Assembly: GCA_965227515.1 (NCBI GenBank)
Contig: CBDDFZ010000001.1
Span: 1,216,001 to 1,280,000 of the forward strand
Length of the DNA: 64,000 nucleotides
Direction of reading: 5' to 3'
DNA from: Alphaproteobacteria bacterium
GTDB taxonomy: Bacteria; Pseudomonadota; Alphaproteobacteria; CALKHQ01
Shown here: positions 1-7,935 of the stretch, piece by piece
How positions within the stretch are numbered: the stretch's first letter is position 1
Layout of the letters: each line of letters opens with the position of its first letter
The notes under the pieces: model-generated
What the model was told of the DNA's origin: nothing
What the model saw: only the letters and a program-made list of their open reading frames with translations
The model's database searches: none
Position numbers and translations under genes: made by a program

Positions 1-504
1 CGCGGCCACCGGGTTGACGTTGACCGTCGCCAGTTCCGAGTAGGTGCCGTGGTAGCGGCCGACGAAGGTGGGGTCGTTCTCGGTCTTCAGGCCATAGGGC
101 GCCGTCACGCCGATGCCGAGCCGCGCCACCGGGTGCGGCGACCACATGGCGTAGAGTGCGGGGATCGGCACGCCGGACCCGATCTCGCCGGAGCTTGTCG
201 AGCCCTGGATGGTGGAGCCCAGGGCCGTGGTGGCGGTGGCGGAGTCGGCCCGCGCGCTGGGCAGGATGTAGCTGACGGTGGCGACCAGCTGGTTGCCCTC
301 GAACCGCGTCAGCCCGGCCGGGTTGAAGAACATGTAGCTGATGTCTTCGGCACCGGCGGTGGCGCCCGCGAACGCGTTGCCCTGGGCCGTGCCGCTCTGT
401 TCGCGAATGGCGAAACCCGAGGCTTCCGCGACGCCGCACGCCAGGGTCAGCATGGTGCCGCCAAGCAGGACGGCGCGGGACAGCGAGGAAGCGGACTTCG
501 GCAT
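1..504 (-). CDS. fadL: OmpP1/FadL long-chain fatty acid outer-membrane transporter (N-terminal part; runs off the window edge)
   Basis: Not in the ORF track. Hand translation from ATG 504 gives MPKSASSLSRAVLLGGTMLTLACGVAEA-SGFAIREQSGTAQGNAFAGATAGAEDISYMFFNPAGLTRF...GIGVTAPYGL: signal peptide, then the FadL GFxxxEQS and NPA motifs. GGAGG lies upstream. Confidence 0.9.
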   Translation of the reverse strand, partial: MPKSASSLSRAVLLGGTMLTLACGVAEASGFAIREQSGTAQGNAFAGATAGAEDISYMFFNPAGLTRFEGNQLVATVSYILPSARADSATATTALGSTIQGSTSSGEIGSGVPIPALYAMWSPHPVARLGIGVTAPYGLKTENDPTFVGRYHGTYSELATVNVNPVAA

Positions 505-815
505 GGGGGACCCTCCGAGAAGGCCGTGGCGCCGAAGTATAAGACCGGCCCCCGCGCAAAGGGGCGAAAGGATTAGGCGCCAGCGGCCCGGATTTTCTTG
601 TTAAGCGCTAGCCTATAGTCGGGCTTCCGCAACACCGCCGTCCAGCCTTTTCGAGGCGATACTGCCCAAAAAGTGTGCGTGTGCGGGCGCCCAGCCACAC
701 CCGCGCCCGGCTATACCCGCGCCCGGCGAAACGTGGCATGCCGGCACCTGTGCGAACGACGGGTGAGGAATGGCGGAGACGCCGCGCGCCCGGCTGGCGC
801 GCGAGCCGCGCGGGG

Positions 816-1223
816 TCAGTGGGTGATCTTCGGACCCAGCGCCTTGGCCTGATCGACCCAGGACGTGACCTGGCTTGCCGACGGCACCTGGCGCACCAGC
901 TTCTTGGCCTCGTTCACCTCCACCATCTTGGCGGCCAGGTTCTCGGGCTTGCGGTTGCGCAGTTCCTTGACCGTATCGACGCCGGCGGCCTCAAGCAGTT
1001 CGGAGTATTCCTCGCCAACGCCCTTGATGCGCATGAGGTCGGCCATGTTGGCCCACTTGAGCAACTGAGACTCGGAAAAGCCGGTGGTGCCCGCGGTTTG
1101 CTTGCGCCCCTTCGCCGACGCGCATGCCTCAAGAAGCTTGTCCGTGGTGGTCAGTCCCGCCTCGCTCAGCTTGGCGGTATATTTGGGTCCGATGCCTTCG
1201 ATTTCGCTGATTCTGTAACCCAT
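816..1223 (-). CDS. DUF4332 domain protein (tandem helix-hairpin-helix)
   Basis: Two HhH-like repeats, IEGIGPKY and IKGVGEEYSELLEAAGVDTVKEL. GAGGA RBS upstream. Confidence 0.85.
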   Translation of the reverse strand: MGYRISEIEGIGPKYTAKLSEAGLTTTDKLLEACASAKGRKQTAGTTGFSESQLLKWANMADLMRIKGVGEEYSELLEAAGVDTVKELRNRKPENLAAKMVEVNEAKKLVRQVPSASQVTSWVDQAKALGPKITH

Positions 1224-1441
1224 GGCGGCGTTTCCTCTCTGATTGGGGGGAATCCACGCGGAATTGCGACGCTACTCTACCTAGCCGGATTCCCCAGCAC
1301 GGACCAGCCCGTTTTCCTTGCATATGCGACAGTTTGCGGACATCGCGATAATGCTAGGATGCACAAGCAGTGTCATTCGGCCTGACGTTGGCGCCCACGC
1401 GGCCCGCCGACCGACCAGGCCATCTACCGCGAGAGGGCCGC

Positions 1442-3046
1442 ATGGGCGAGGGCAACGGAACCCATCCGAACGGGCTATTCATCGGCAAGGGCGACGAGGC
1501 GCAGTACCTCGATCTCGCCTATGCCAACCGGCACGGTTTGATCACCGGCGCCACCGGCACCGGCAAGACCGTGACCCTGCAGATCCTGGCCCAGGGTTTC
1601 TCGGACGCCGGCGTGCCGGTCTTCGCGCCGGATATCAAGGGCGACCTCGCCGGCATCTCGCAGGCCGGCGAGATGAAGGATTTTCTCACCAAGCGCGCCA
1701 ACACCATCGGTCTCGACCCCTACGTCATGGGTGGCGCGCCGGTGGCGTTCTGGGACCTGTTCGGCGAGGACGGCCATCCGGTGCGCACAACCGTTTCGGA
1801 GATGGGCCCGCTGCTGCTGTCGCGGCTGATGGGGCTGAACGACGTGCAGTCCGGCGTGCTCGACATCGCGTTCCGCATCGCCGACGAGCAGGGCCTGCTG
1901 GTGCTCGACCTGAAGGACCTGCGCGCCCTGCTGGTCCATGTCGCAGAGCAGGCGAAGGACATCTCGATCACCTATGGCCAGGTCAGCCGGACCTCGGTCG
2001 GCGCAATCCAGCGCCGTTTGCTGTCGCTAGAGGAACAGGGCGGCGACAAGTTCTTCGGCGAGCCTGCGCTGGCGCTTTCGGACCTGATGCGCAAGGACAG
2101 CGCCGGGCGGGGCGTGGTCAACATCCTCTCCGCCTCCGCGCTGATGACCGAGCCGAAGCTCTACGCCACCTTCCTGATGTGGCTGCTGGCCGAACTGTTC
2201 GAGCAATTGCCGGAAGTGGGCGACCCGGACAAGCCGAAGCTGGTGTTCTTCTTCGACGAGGCGCACATGCTGTTCCGCGACGCGCCGCCGGCACTGGTGG
2301 AGAAGATCGAGCAACTGGTGCGGCTGATCCGGTCCAAGGGCGTCGGCGTGTTTTTCGTGACCCAGAGCCCGCTCGATATTCCGGACCGGGTGCTGGGCCA
2401 GCTCGCCTGCCGTATCCAGCACGCGCTACGCGCCTTTACCCCGCGCGACCGCAAGGCGATCGCCGCGGTCGGCGACACCTTCCGCCAGAACCCGAAGTTC
2501 GACGCCTCGGCGGTGATCCCCGAACTCGGCATCGGCGAGGCGCTGGTCTCCACGCTGCAGGCCAAGGGCGTGCCCTCGATGGTGGATCGCACGCTGATCA
2601 GGCCGCCGGCCTCGCGCATGGGCCCGATCAGCGAGCAGGAACGGGCGGCGATACTGGGCGAGAGCCCATTGCGGGCGATCTATGGAAAGGCGATCGACCG
2701 CAAGTCGGCCTACGAGATGCTGCAGGGACGGGCCGACGAACGGCCGATGGACCGCGCCGGCGACGGCGATTACGAAGGCTGGGGCCGCCCGGCCAGGACA
2801 GGCGGCGGCTGGGGTGCCGCCGGGTCGACCGAACGCGCCGAGGTGCAGCGCGACGAGCAGCCGCGCGCGCGGTATTCCCGCGACCGCACCTCCGGCGACG
2901 ATGGATGGGGCAAATCGAAGTCCCGGTCGTCCAGCCGGCAGACCGCAGGCGAGGCATTCATCAAGTCATTGTCGCGCAGCGCCGGCACCCAGATCGGCCG
3001 CCAGCTCACCCGGGGCCTGCTCGGCTCGCTGTTCGGCGGGCGTTAG
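1442..3046 (+). CDS. yjgR: HerA-like P-loop ATPase, DUF853/YjgR family
   Basis: [16 protein letters not shown] (Walker A), FFDEAH (Walker B), [15 protein letters not shown] and a C-terminal RGLLGSL. Start moved to ATG 1442, behind GAGAGGG. Confidence 0.88.
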   Translation: MGEGNGTHPNGLFIGKGDEAQYLDLAYANRHGLITGATGTGKTVTLQILAQGFSDAGVPVFAPDIKGDLAGISQAGEMKDFLTKRANTIGLDPYVMGGAPVAFWDLFGEDGHPVRTTVSEMGPLLLSRLMGLNDVQSGVLDIAFRIADEQGLLVLDLKDLRALLVHVAEQAKDISITYGQVSRTSVGAIQRRLLSLEEQGGDKFFGEPALALSDLMRKDSAGRGVVNILSASALMTEPKLYATFLMWLLAELFEQLPEVGDPDKPKLVFFFDEAHMLFRDAPPALVEKIEQLVRLIRSKGVGVFFVTQSPLDIPDRVLGQLACRIQHALRAFTPRDRKAIAAVGDTFRQNPKFDASAVIPELGIGEALVSTLQAKGVPSMVDRTLIRPPASRMGPISEQERAAILGESPLRAIYGKAIDRKSAYEMLQGRADERPMDRAGDGDYEGWGRPARTGGGWGAAGSTERAEVQRDEQPRARYSRDRTSGDDGWGKSKSRSSSRQTAGEAFIKSLSRSAGTQIGRQLTRGLLGSLFGGR

Positions 3047-3182
3047 AGCGCCGCGAAACTCATTCCGCGTAGATGGGCTAACGGCCCTTGTTTGGTGGCG
3101 TGCATGAGTGGTCGTCCCTCAAGATGTCGGTGTCATACACGGAGTCGGGTTTGCCGCTCCAAGACATCGAGGAGAGACGACC

Positions 3183-4226
3183 ATGAACTACTATGCCGGG
3201 ATTGACGTTTCTTTGGAATGGTCATCGGTATGCGTTGTTGACGGCGCGGGCGGGATTGTCTGCGAGGCTCGTATTGCGAGCACGCCGGCGGGTTTGTTGT
3301 TGTGGTTTGGGTCTTTGGGGATTTCGGTTGAGCGGATTGGTCTTGAGGCGGGGCCGTTGTCGCAATGGCTTGTGCGGGAGTGCGCGCAGGGCGGTCTTTC
3401 GGTTGAGTTGCTGGAGACGCGTCATGTTGCGCGGGCCCTTTCGACGATGCCGGTGAAGTCGGACCGCTCGGACGCACGCGGGATTGCTCAGCTGATGCGT
3501 GTGGGCTGGTTTCGTCCGGTTCACTGCAAGTCTTTGGCGGCCCAGGAGATGCGGGCCCTTTTGAAGGGTCGCGACCAGCTCCGCGCGAAGCTGCACGATC
3601 TTGAGATGCACCTTCGTGGTCAGCTGCGGAACTTCGGGCTGAAGGTAGGGCACACCACCAGGCGCAGCTTTTCGACACGTATTTCGGAGCTTGTGGCGGG
3701 GCATCCGGTACTGGAGGCGGTGGCGGGGGCGCTGCTGTCGGCACGCGATGGCCTGTTGCTATCGTTCACGGCGCTGGACCGGCAGGTCCGGGCGGCGGCG
3801 CAGGCCGACGATCGCGCTCGCCTGCTGATGACGGTGCCGGGCGTGGGGAGCATTGTCGGACTGACCTACTTGTCGGGAGTGGACGACCCCGGGCGGTTTG
3901 CCTCGTCGCGCCTGGTGGGTGCGCACTTCGGCCTGACGCCGACCAAGCGCCAGTCGGGCGAGAGCGAGGTGATGGGGCGGATATCGAAGGTAGGGGACGC
4001 CGATGTGCGCTCGGCCCTCTATGAGGCGGCACACGTGGTTCTGACCCGGCCGATCGAGGGCGGCTGGCTGAAGAGCTGGGCGATGAAGCTGGCCAGGCGT
4101 GCGGGCATGAGGAAGGCGAAGGTCGCGCTGGCGCGCCGGCTCGCCGTGATCATGCACCGGATGTGGGTTGACGGCACACCGTTCAACCATGCCGGACCGG
4201 TGCGCCCGGCGATGGCGACAGCATGA
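3183..4226 (+). CDS. IS110-family transposase/recombinase
   Basis: RuvC-like DEDD residues (AGID, GLEA, KSDRSD), HhH motif VPGVG and serine motif RQSG. GGAGAG RBS before ATG 3183. Confidence 0.95.
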   Translation: MNYYAGIDVSLEWSSVCVVDGAGGIVCEARIASTPAGLLLWFGSLGISVERIGLEAGPLSQWLVRECAQGGLSVELLETRHVARALSTMPVKSDRSDARGIAQLMRVGWFRPVHCKSLAAQEMRALLKGRDQLRAKLHDLEMHLRGQLRNFGLKVGHTTRRSFSTRISELVAGHPVLEAVAGALLSARDGLLLSFTALDRQVRAAAQADDRARLLMTVPGVGSIVGLTYLSGVDDPGRFASSRLVGAHFGLTPTKRQSGESEVMGRISKVGDADVRSALYEAAHVVLTRPIEGGWLKSWAMKLARRAGMRKAKVALARRLAVIMHRMWVDGTPFNHAGPVRPAMATA

Positions 4227-4299
4227 TGGCCGCGGCATAAGGAGAACCGACACACGAGCTTCGACGGGCACCGACACCGGCCCGTCGAGCGCCGTCCCG

Positions 4300-4460
4300 C
4301 GCCGGGACGATGGATCAGGTCAGGCCGCCATCCGGGATGTCGCCTCGCATGAGAGCACGCTTCCGTAGATTGGACCGACCGATCCTCGCATATCCATCTT
4401 GGCGGCGGCCCTGCGCCGACCCCGTACAGAAGCATGACCCAGGCGCCGGGACGACGAAAA
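4300..4460 (+). ncRNA. Predicted bridge/seek RNA of the IS110 element (ends approximate)
   Basis: Guides: CATCCGGG 4329-4336 (complement of the right target flank), CGTAG 4364-4368 (left target flank plus core), CCATCTT 4394-4400 (complement of the circle junction) and TACAGAAG 4425-4432 (element right end). The target guides are enclosed by GGATC/GATCC and GGTC/GACC stems. Confidence 0.75.
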
Positions 4461-4492
4461 AGGGATTGACCAACAATGGCCCGTTACAGAAG

Positions 4493-4589
4493 CCCGGATG
4501 CAGCGGCGCGCAATCCGGGGCCTTTAGTGCTGGAAGGCTGGGCGATGGAAGGTATGTCCCCGGGTTTCGCTGCGCTCCACCCGGGCTAC
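4493..4589. repeat. GTAG-type REP doublet whose left arm is split by the IS110 (its GTAG is at 3069-3072)
   Basis: CCCGGATGCAGCGGCGCGCAATCCGGGG ... CCCCGGGTTTCGCTGCGCTCCACCCGGGCTAC. Same family as 40643-40730 and 44807-44892. Confidence 0.85.
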
Positions 4590-4623
4590 GATTGTTGGTG
4601 CCTTCCGATCGCAACGGTCATGC

Positions 4624-4653
4624 AAAAGGCCGCGCCCAAAGAAGGACGCGGCC
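4624..4653 (-). terminator. Rho-independent terminator downstream of the TelA-family gene
   Basis: Minus strand GGCCGCGTCC-ttcttt-GGGCGCGGCC-TTTT, just past the stop codon. Confidence 0.6.
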
Positions 4654-4680
4654 CTTGGCAGTTCGATTCTGAAGTGAGCG

Positions 4681-5835
4681 TCAGGCGGTGGCCTGGGCGG
4701 CGCGCTGCAGCGATTCCTTCAGCTTGTTCTCGGCGTCGATCAGGTCCTGTTCCGCCGCGCGGCGCTTGGTGCGCCCTTCCTCGGCGATGCGGATCGAATC
4801 CTCGATGGTGCCGATCAGGTTCTCGTTCGCCGCCTTCACGACCTCGATGTCGTAGATGCCGCGCTCCATCTGCTCGCGGATCTGCGCGTTGGACTGGCGC
4901 AGATTTGCGGCGTTGGCGCTCAGCAGCTCGTTGTTCAGGTCGTGGACCGCCTTCACCGTCTCGCCGGCCTCCGCCGCGCGATACATGGTCACCGCCTGGG
5001 CGAGCTGGGTCTTCCACAGCGGGACGGTGTTCAGGAGGGCGGACTGGATCTTGTTGACCAGCATCTTGTCGTTTTCCTGCACCAGCCGGATGGAGGGCAG
5101 GGACTGCATGACGACGGTGCGGGTCAGCTTCAGGTCGTGGACCCGGCGCTCCAGCTCGTCGCGCGCCGAACTCAGGTCGCGCAGCGCCTGGGCATCGGCC
5201 ATGTCGCCGGTTTCCTCGGCCTTCTTCGCCAGCGCCGGGATGTCGGTCTCGTCCAGCCGGCGCAGCTTCTCCTCGCCGGCGGCGATGTAGTCGGCCAGCT
5301 CGTGGAAATACTCCAGCGTCGACTCATACAGCCGGTCGAGCATCAGGATGTCCTTCAGGAGCTGCTGCTTGTGCTTGTCCAGCGTGTTGGTCAGGCTGTC
5401 GATCTGGTTGCCGACGGTCTCGTACTGCTGGATGAAGCGGGCCACCGGCGAGATGGCACCGAACATGCGCGCGATGAAGCCCGGCTTCTTGCCGTCCTTC
5501 AGGTCGTCGATCTCCAGGCCGCGTACCTGGAGCATCATGTTGTTGAGCGCTTCGCCGGCCGGGCCGGTGTCCTTGTTGCGCACGCCTTCCAGCATGGTTT
5601 CCGACACTTCGGTCACCTGGCGCTGGGCCTGTACGCCAAAGGCGATGATCGAGTGCGAATCGCTCATGTCGATCTGCTCGATCAGACTCTCTATCTTCTG
5701 CTTCTCTTCCGCCGACGCCTCGTTGTAGACGACGATGTTGGCGGCAGGTTCGGTCAGCGTCTTCAGCGCCTCGTCAGGCACTTCGGTTGCGGTCACGGTG
5801 GGTGCGGCAACCGTCTGGGTCTGGGTCTCGCTCAT
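4681..5835 (-). CDS. Toxic anion resistance protein, TelA/KlaB family
   Basis: Coiled-coil protein with SIIAFGVQAQ, LERRVHDLKLTR, QSLPSIRLVQEND and TVPLWKTQLA. Confidence 0.88.
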   Translation of the reverse strand: MSETQTQTVAAPTVTATEVPDEALKTLTEPAANIVVYNEASAEEKQKIESLIEQIDMSDSHSIIAFGVQAQRQVTEVSETMLEGVRNKDTGPAGEALNNMMLQVRGLEIDDLKDGKKPGFIARMFGAISPVARFIQQYETVGNQIDSLTNTLDKHKQQLLKDILMLDRLYESTLEYFHELADYIAAGEEKLRRLDETDIPALAKKAEETGDMADAQALRDLSSARDELERRVHDLKLTRTVVMQSLPSIRLVQENDKMLVNKIQSALLNTVPLWKTQLAQAVTMYRAAEAGETVKAVHDLNNELLSANAANLRQSNAQIREQMERGIYDIEVVKAANENLIGTIEDSIRIAEEGRTKRRAAEQDLIDAENKLKESLQRAAQATA

Positions 5836-6068
5836 ATTGGTTTCCCCGCTGGAGGCAGCTTGGCGAACAGATCAGCCCTTATAGCCCAATTGCCGATAAC
5901 CACCAACGGCCCGCATCGCCGCCGAAAATGCCGGGTCGCGTGTGGGGGCGCGGGCACATCGCGGCCGTTTGGACATGGCCACATTGTCTCACGGCAGGCC
6001 GGGTGCTATGTGCTGCCCGTCCGTCGGCGACGCGCCGACCCGAAATTGCCGGAGCGCCGTTTGCCGCC

Positions 6069-6863
6069 ATGACGCATCAAGCGTCCACCCCCCAAGCGTC
6101 GACCAATGACTCCGCCGATTCCGCTACCGCTGTCGAGGTTTCCGTCGTCGTGCCGGTGAAGGACGAGGCCGACAACATCCTGCCGCTGATCGCGGAGATC
6201 GACGCCGCACTGACCGGCCGCCACGCTCATGAGATCGTCTATGTCGACGATGGCAGCGGCGACGCCACGCCGGCGCGCCTGCAGGAGGCGAAGGCGCGCT
6301 TCGGCCAGGTGCGGGTGCTGCGCCACGCCAATTCCTGCGGCCAGAGCCGGGCGGTGCGGACCGGCGTGCTGCATGCCCACGGCCGGCTGGTCGCGACCCT
6401 GGACGGCGACGGCCAGAACGACCCGGCCGACATCCCGGCGCTGCTGGCGAAGTTCGCGGCGGAGGAGAACACTGGCGGCGGGCAGCCCTTGGGCATGGTC
6501 GCCGGCCAACGCGCCAAGCGCCAGGACAGCTGGGTCAAGCGCCGCTCGTCGCGGATCGCCAACGGCATCCGCCAGCGCCTGCTGAACGACGACTGCCGCG
6601 ACACCGGCTGCGGGCTGAAGGTGTTCTCGCGCGAATGCTTCCTTGCGCTGCCGTATTTCGACCATGTACACCGATTCCTGCCTGCCCTGGCCAAGCGCGA
6701 GGGCTATCGAGTCGCCTTCGTCGATGTGAACCACCGCCCGCGCACCCGCGGCCAGTCGAAATACGGCGTCATGAACCGGCTGTGGGTCGGCATTGTCGAT
6801 TTGCGCGGGGTGATGTGGTTGAACCGGCGCAGCCGCCGGCCCGACAACATCGAAGAGGTCTAG
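6069..6863 (+). CDS. Glycosyltransferase family 2 (polyprenol-phosphate glycosyltransferase-like)
   Basis: SVVVPVKDE, YVDDGS, TLDGDGQNDPADIP, DTGCGLK and HRFLPAL motifs. Confidence 0.9.
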   Translation: MTHQASTPQASTNDSADSATAVEVSVVVPVKDEADNILPLIAEIDAALTGRHAHEIVYVDDGSGDATPARLQEAKARFGQVRVLRHANSCGQSRAVRTGVLHAHGRLVATLDGDGQNDPADIPALLAKFAAEENTGGGQPLGMVAGQRAKRQDSWVKRRSSRIANGIRQRLLNDDCRDTGCGLKVFSRECFLALPYFDHVHRFLPALAKREGYRVAFVDVNHRPRTRGQSKYGVMNRLWVGIVDLRGVMWLNRRSRRPDNIEEV

Positions 6864-6875
6864 GCTTGACCAACT

Positions 6876-6978
6876 AAGTCGGTACCGGCCCTCTCCCCCA
6901 CCCGGCCACCCAGGCACTATACTTTCGTTGGGCGGCCGGGTGGGGGAGAGGGCTGGCGCAGACTTCAGCGTAAGCTGA
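6876..6978. repeat. Long palindromic intergenic repeat (CCCTCTCCCCCACCCGGCCACCCA arms), copy 1
   Basis: Inverted arms of about 28 bp. Related copies at 19461-19561 and 46039-46127. Confidence 0.85.
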
Positions 6979-7030
6979 CCACGATACGGCTTGACCTACC
7001 GACCGTGCACCAGACGAGAGAAGTGACCGC

Positions 7031-7378
7031 GTGCTGGACGACATTCTCGAATATTTCCAACTGACGGACCTGAGCGCCGGCGACATCATCTGGTACGCCG
7101 TCGGCTTCTTCGGCCAGTTCCTGTTCTTCCTGCGCTGGGTGGTGCAGTGGCTGATGAGCGAGCGCCGCCGCCGCAGCGTCATCCCGCTGGTGTTCTGGTA
7201 CTTCAGCGTCGTCGGCGGCCTGACGTCGCTGGTCTATGCCGTCTACATCCAGGACCCGGTGATCACGCTGGCCAACCTGTTCAACTCCATCGTCTATATC
7301 CGCAACCTGATCCTGATCTACCGCGAGAAGACCGAAACGCGCGCGGCGGCCGACGATGCCGCGCCCGCGGCGCGGTAG
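7031..7378 (+). CDS. Lipid-A-disaccharide synthase N-terminal (LAB_N) domain membrane protein
   Basis: VGFFGQFLFFLRWVVQWLMSERRRRSVIPLVFWYFS...QDPV...YIRNL. Confidence 0.85.
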   Translation: MLDDILEYFQLTDLSAGDIIWYAVGFFGQFLFFLRWVVQWLMSERRRRSVIPLVFWYFSVVGGLTSLVYAVYIQDPVITLANLFNSIVYIRNLILIYREKTETRAAADDAAPAAR

Positions 7379-7396
7379 CGGCCAGCCATTGCCGCA

Positions 7397-7846
7397 ATGA
7401 CCGAACTTGCCGGCCCGGTTCCGAAGCCCGGCGCGGGCGTGGTGGTGGTTCGCGGCGACGAGGTTCTGCTGATCAAGCGCGGCAAGCCGCCGAGAATGGG
7501 CGATTGGAGCATTCCCGGCGGCCGTCAGGAGCCGGGTGAGACCATCCGCGAGTGCGCGTTGCGCGAGGTGAAGGAGGAGACCGGCCTCGACGTCGAGCTG
7601 GCCGGCCTGGTCGATGCCGTCGACATCATCGTGCGCGACGACGATGGCGTCATCACCATGCAGTACATGCTGGCTGACTTCGCCGCGCGCTGGGCCGGCG
7701 GCGAGGCCGTGGCCGGCGGCGACGCCGCGTCGGTGCATTGGGTGGCGCATGCCGACGTGCCGTCGCTCGGGCTGTGGTCGGAGACCGTGCGGGTGATCGA
7801 CGAAGCGGTCGCGCTGGTGAAGGAAAAGGCTGCCCGGGCCGGCTGA
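7397..7846 (+). CDS. NUDIX hydrolase
   Basis: Nudix box GGRQEPGETIRECALREVKEETGL. Confidence 0.9.
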   Translation: MTELAGPVPKPGAGVVVVRGDEVLLIKRGKPPRMGDWSIPGGRQEPGETIRECALREVKEETGLDVELAGLVDAVDIIVRDDDGVITMQYMLADFAARWAGGEAVAGGDAASVHWVAHADVPSLGLWSETVRVIDEAVALVKEKAARAG

Positions 7847-7935
7847 GGTTGGTGGGGGGACAGGCCGGCCCGGGCCAGTTTTGGCGCCGTTGGTGCGTGC
7901 GAACAGGAGACGGCGCCAAAGTCGTCGATGGGGTG

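Larger units (their letters stand above)
3073..4492 (+). mobile_element. IS110-family insertion sequence (IS1111-type layout), about 1420 bp, AG core, inserted in a REP
   Basis: Contains a DEDD transposase and imperfect sub-terminal inverted repeats TAACGGCCCTTGTTTGG (3079-3095) and CCAACAATGGCCCGTTA (4470-4486). Long 3' non-coding end. Removing the element restores CGTAGCCCGGATGCAGCG, a REP arm. Confidence 0.9.

Noticed and set aside
49-604. Plus-strand ORFs 49..576 and 341..604
   Set aside because: They are antisense shadows of the minus-strand fadL gene, which has clear family motifs.
1442-3046. HerA-like ATPase as part of an anti-phage system
   Set aside because: It is the widespread DUF853/YjgR type, with no Sir2, NurA or nuclease partner adjacent.
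3108-3182. Longer N-terminus for the IS110 transposase given in the ORF track
   Set aside because: The RBS and the family-typical start MNYYAGID point to ATG 3183.
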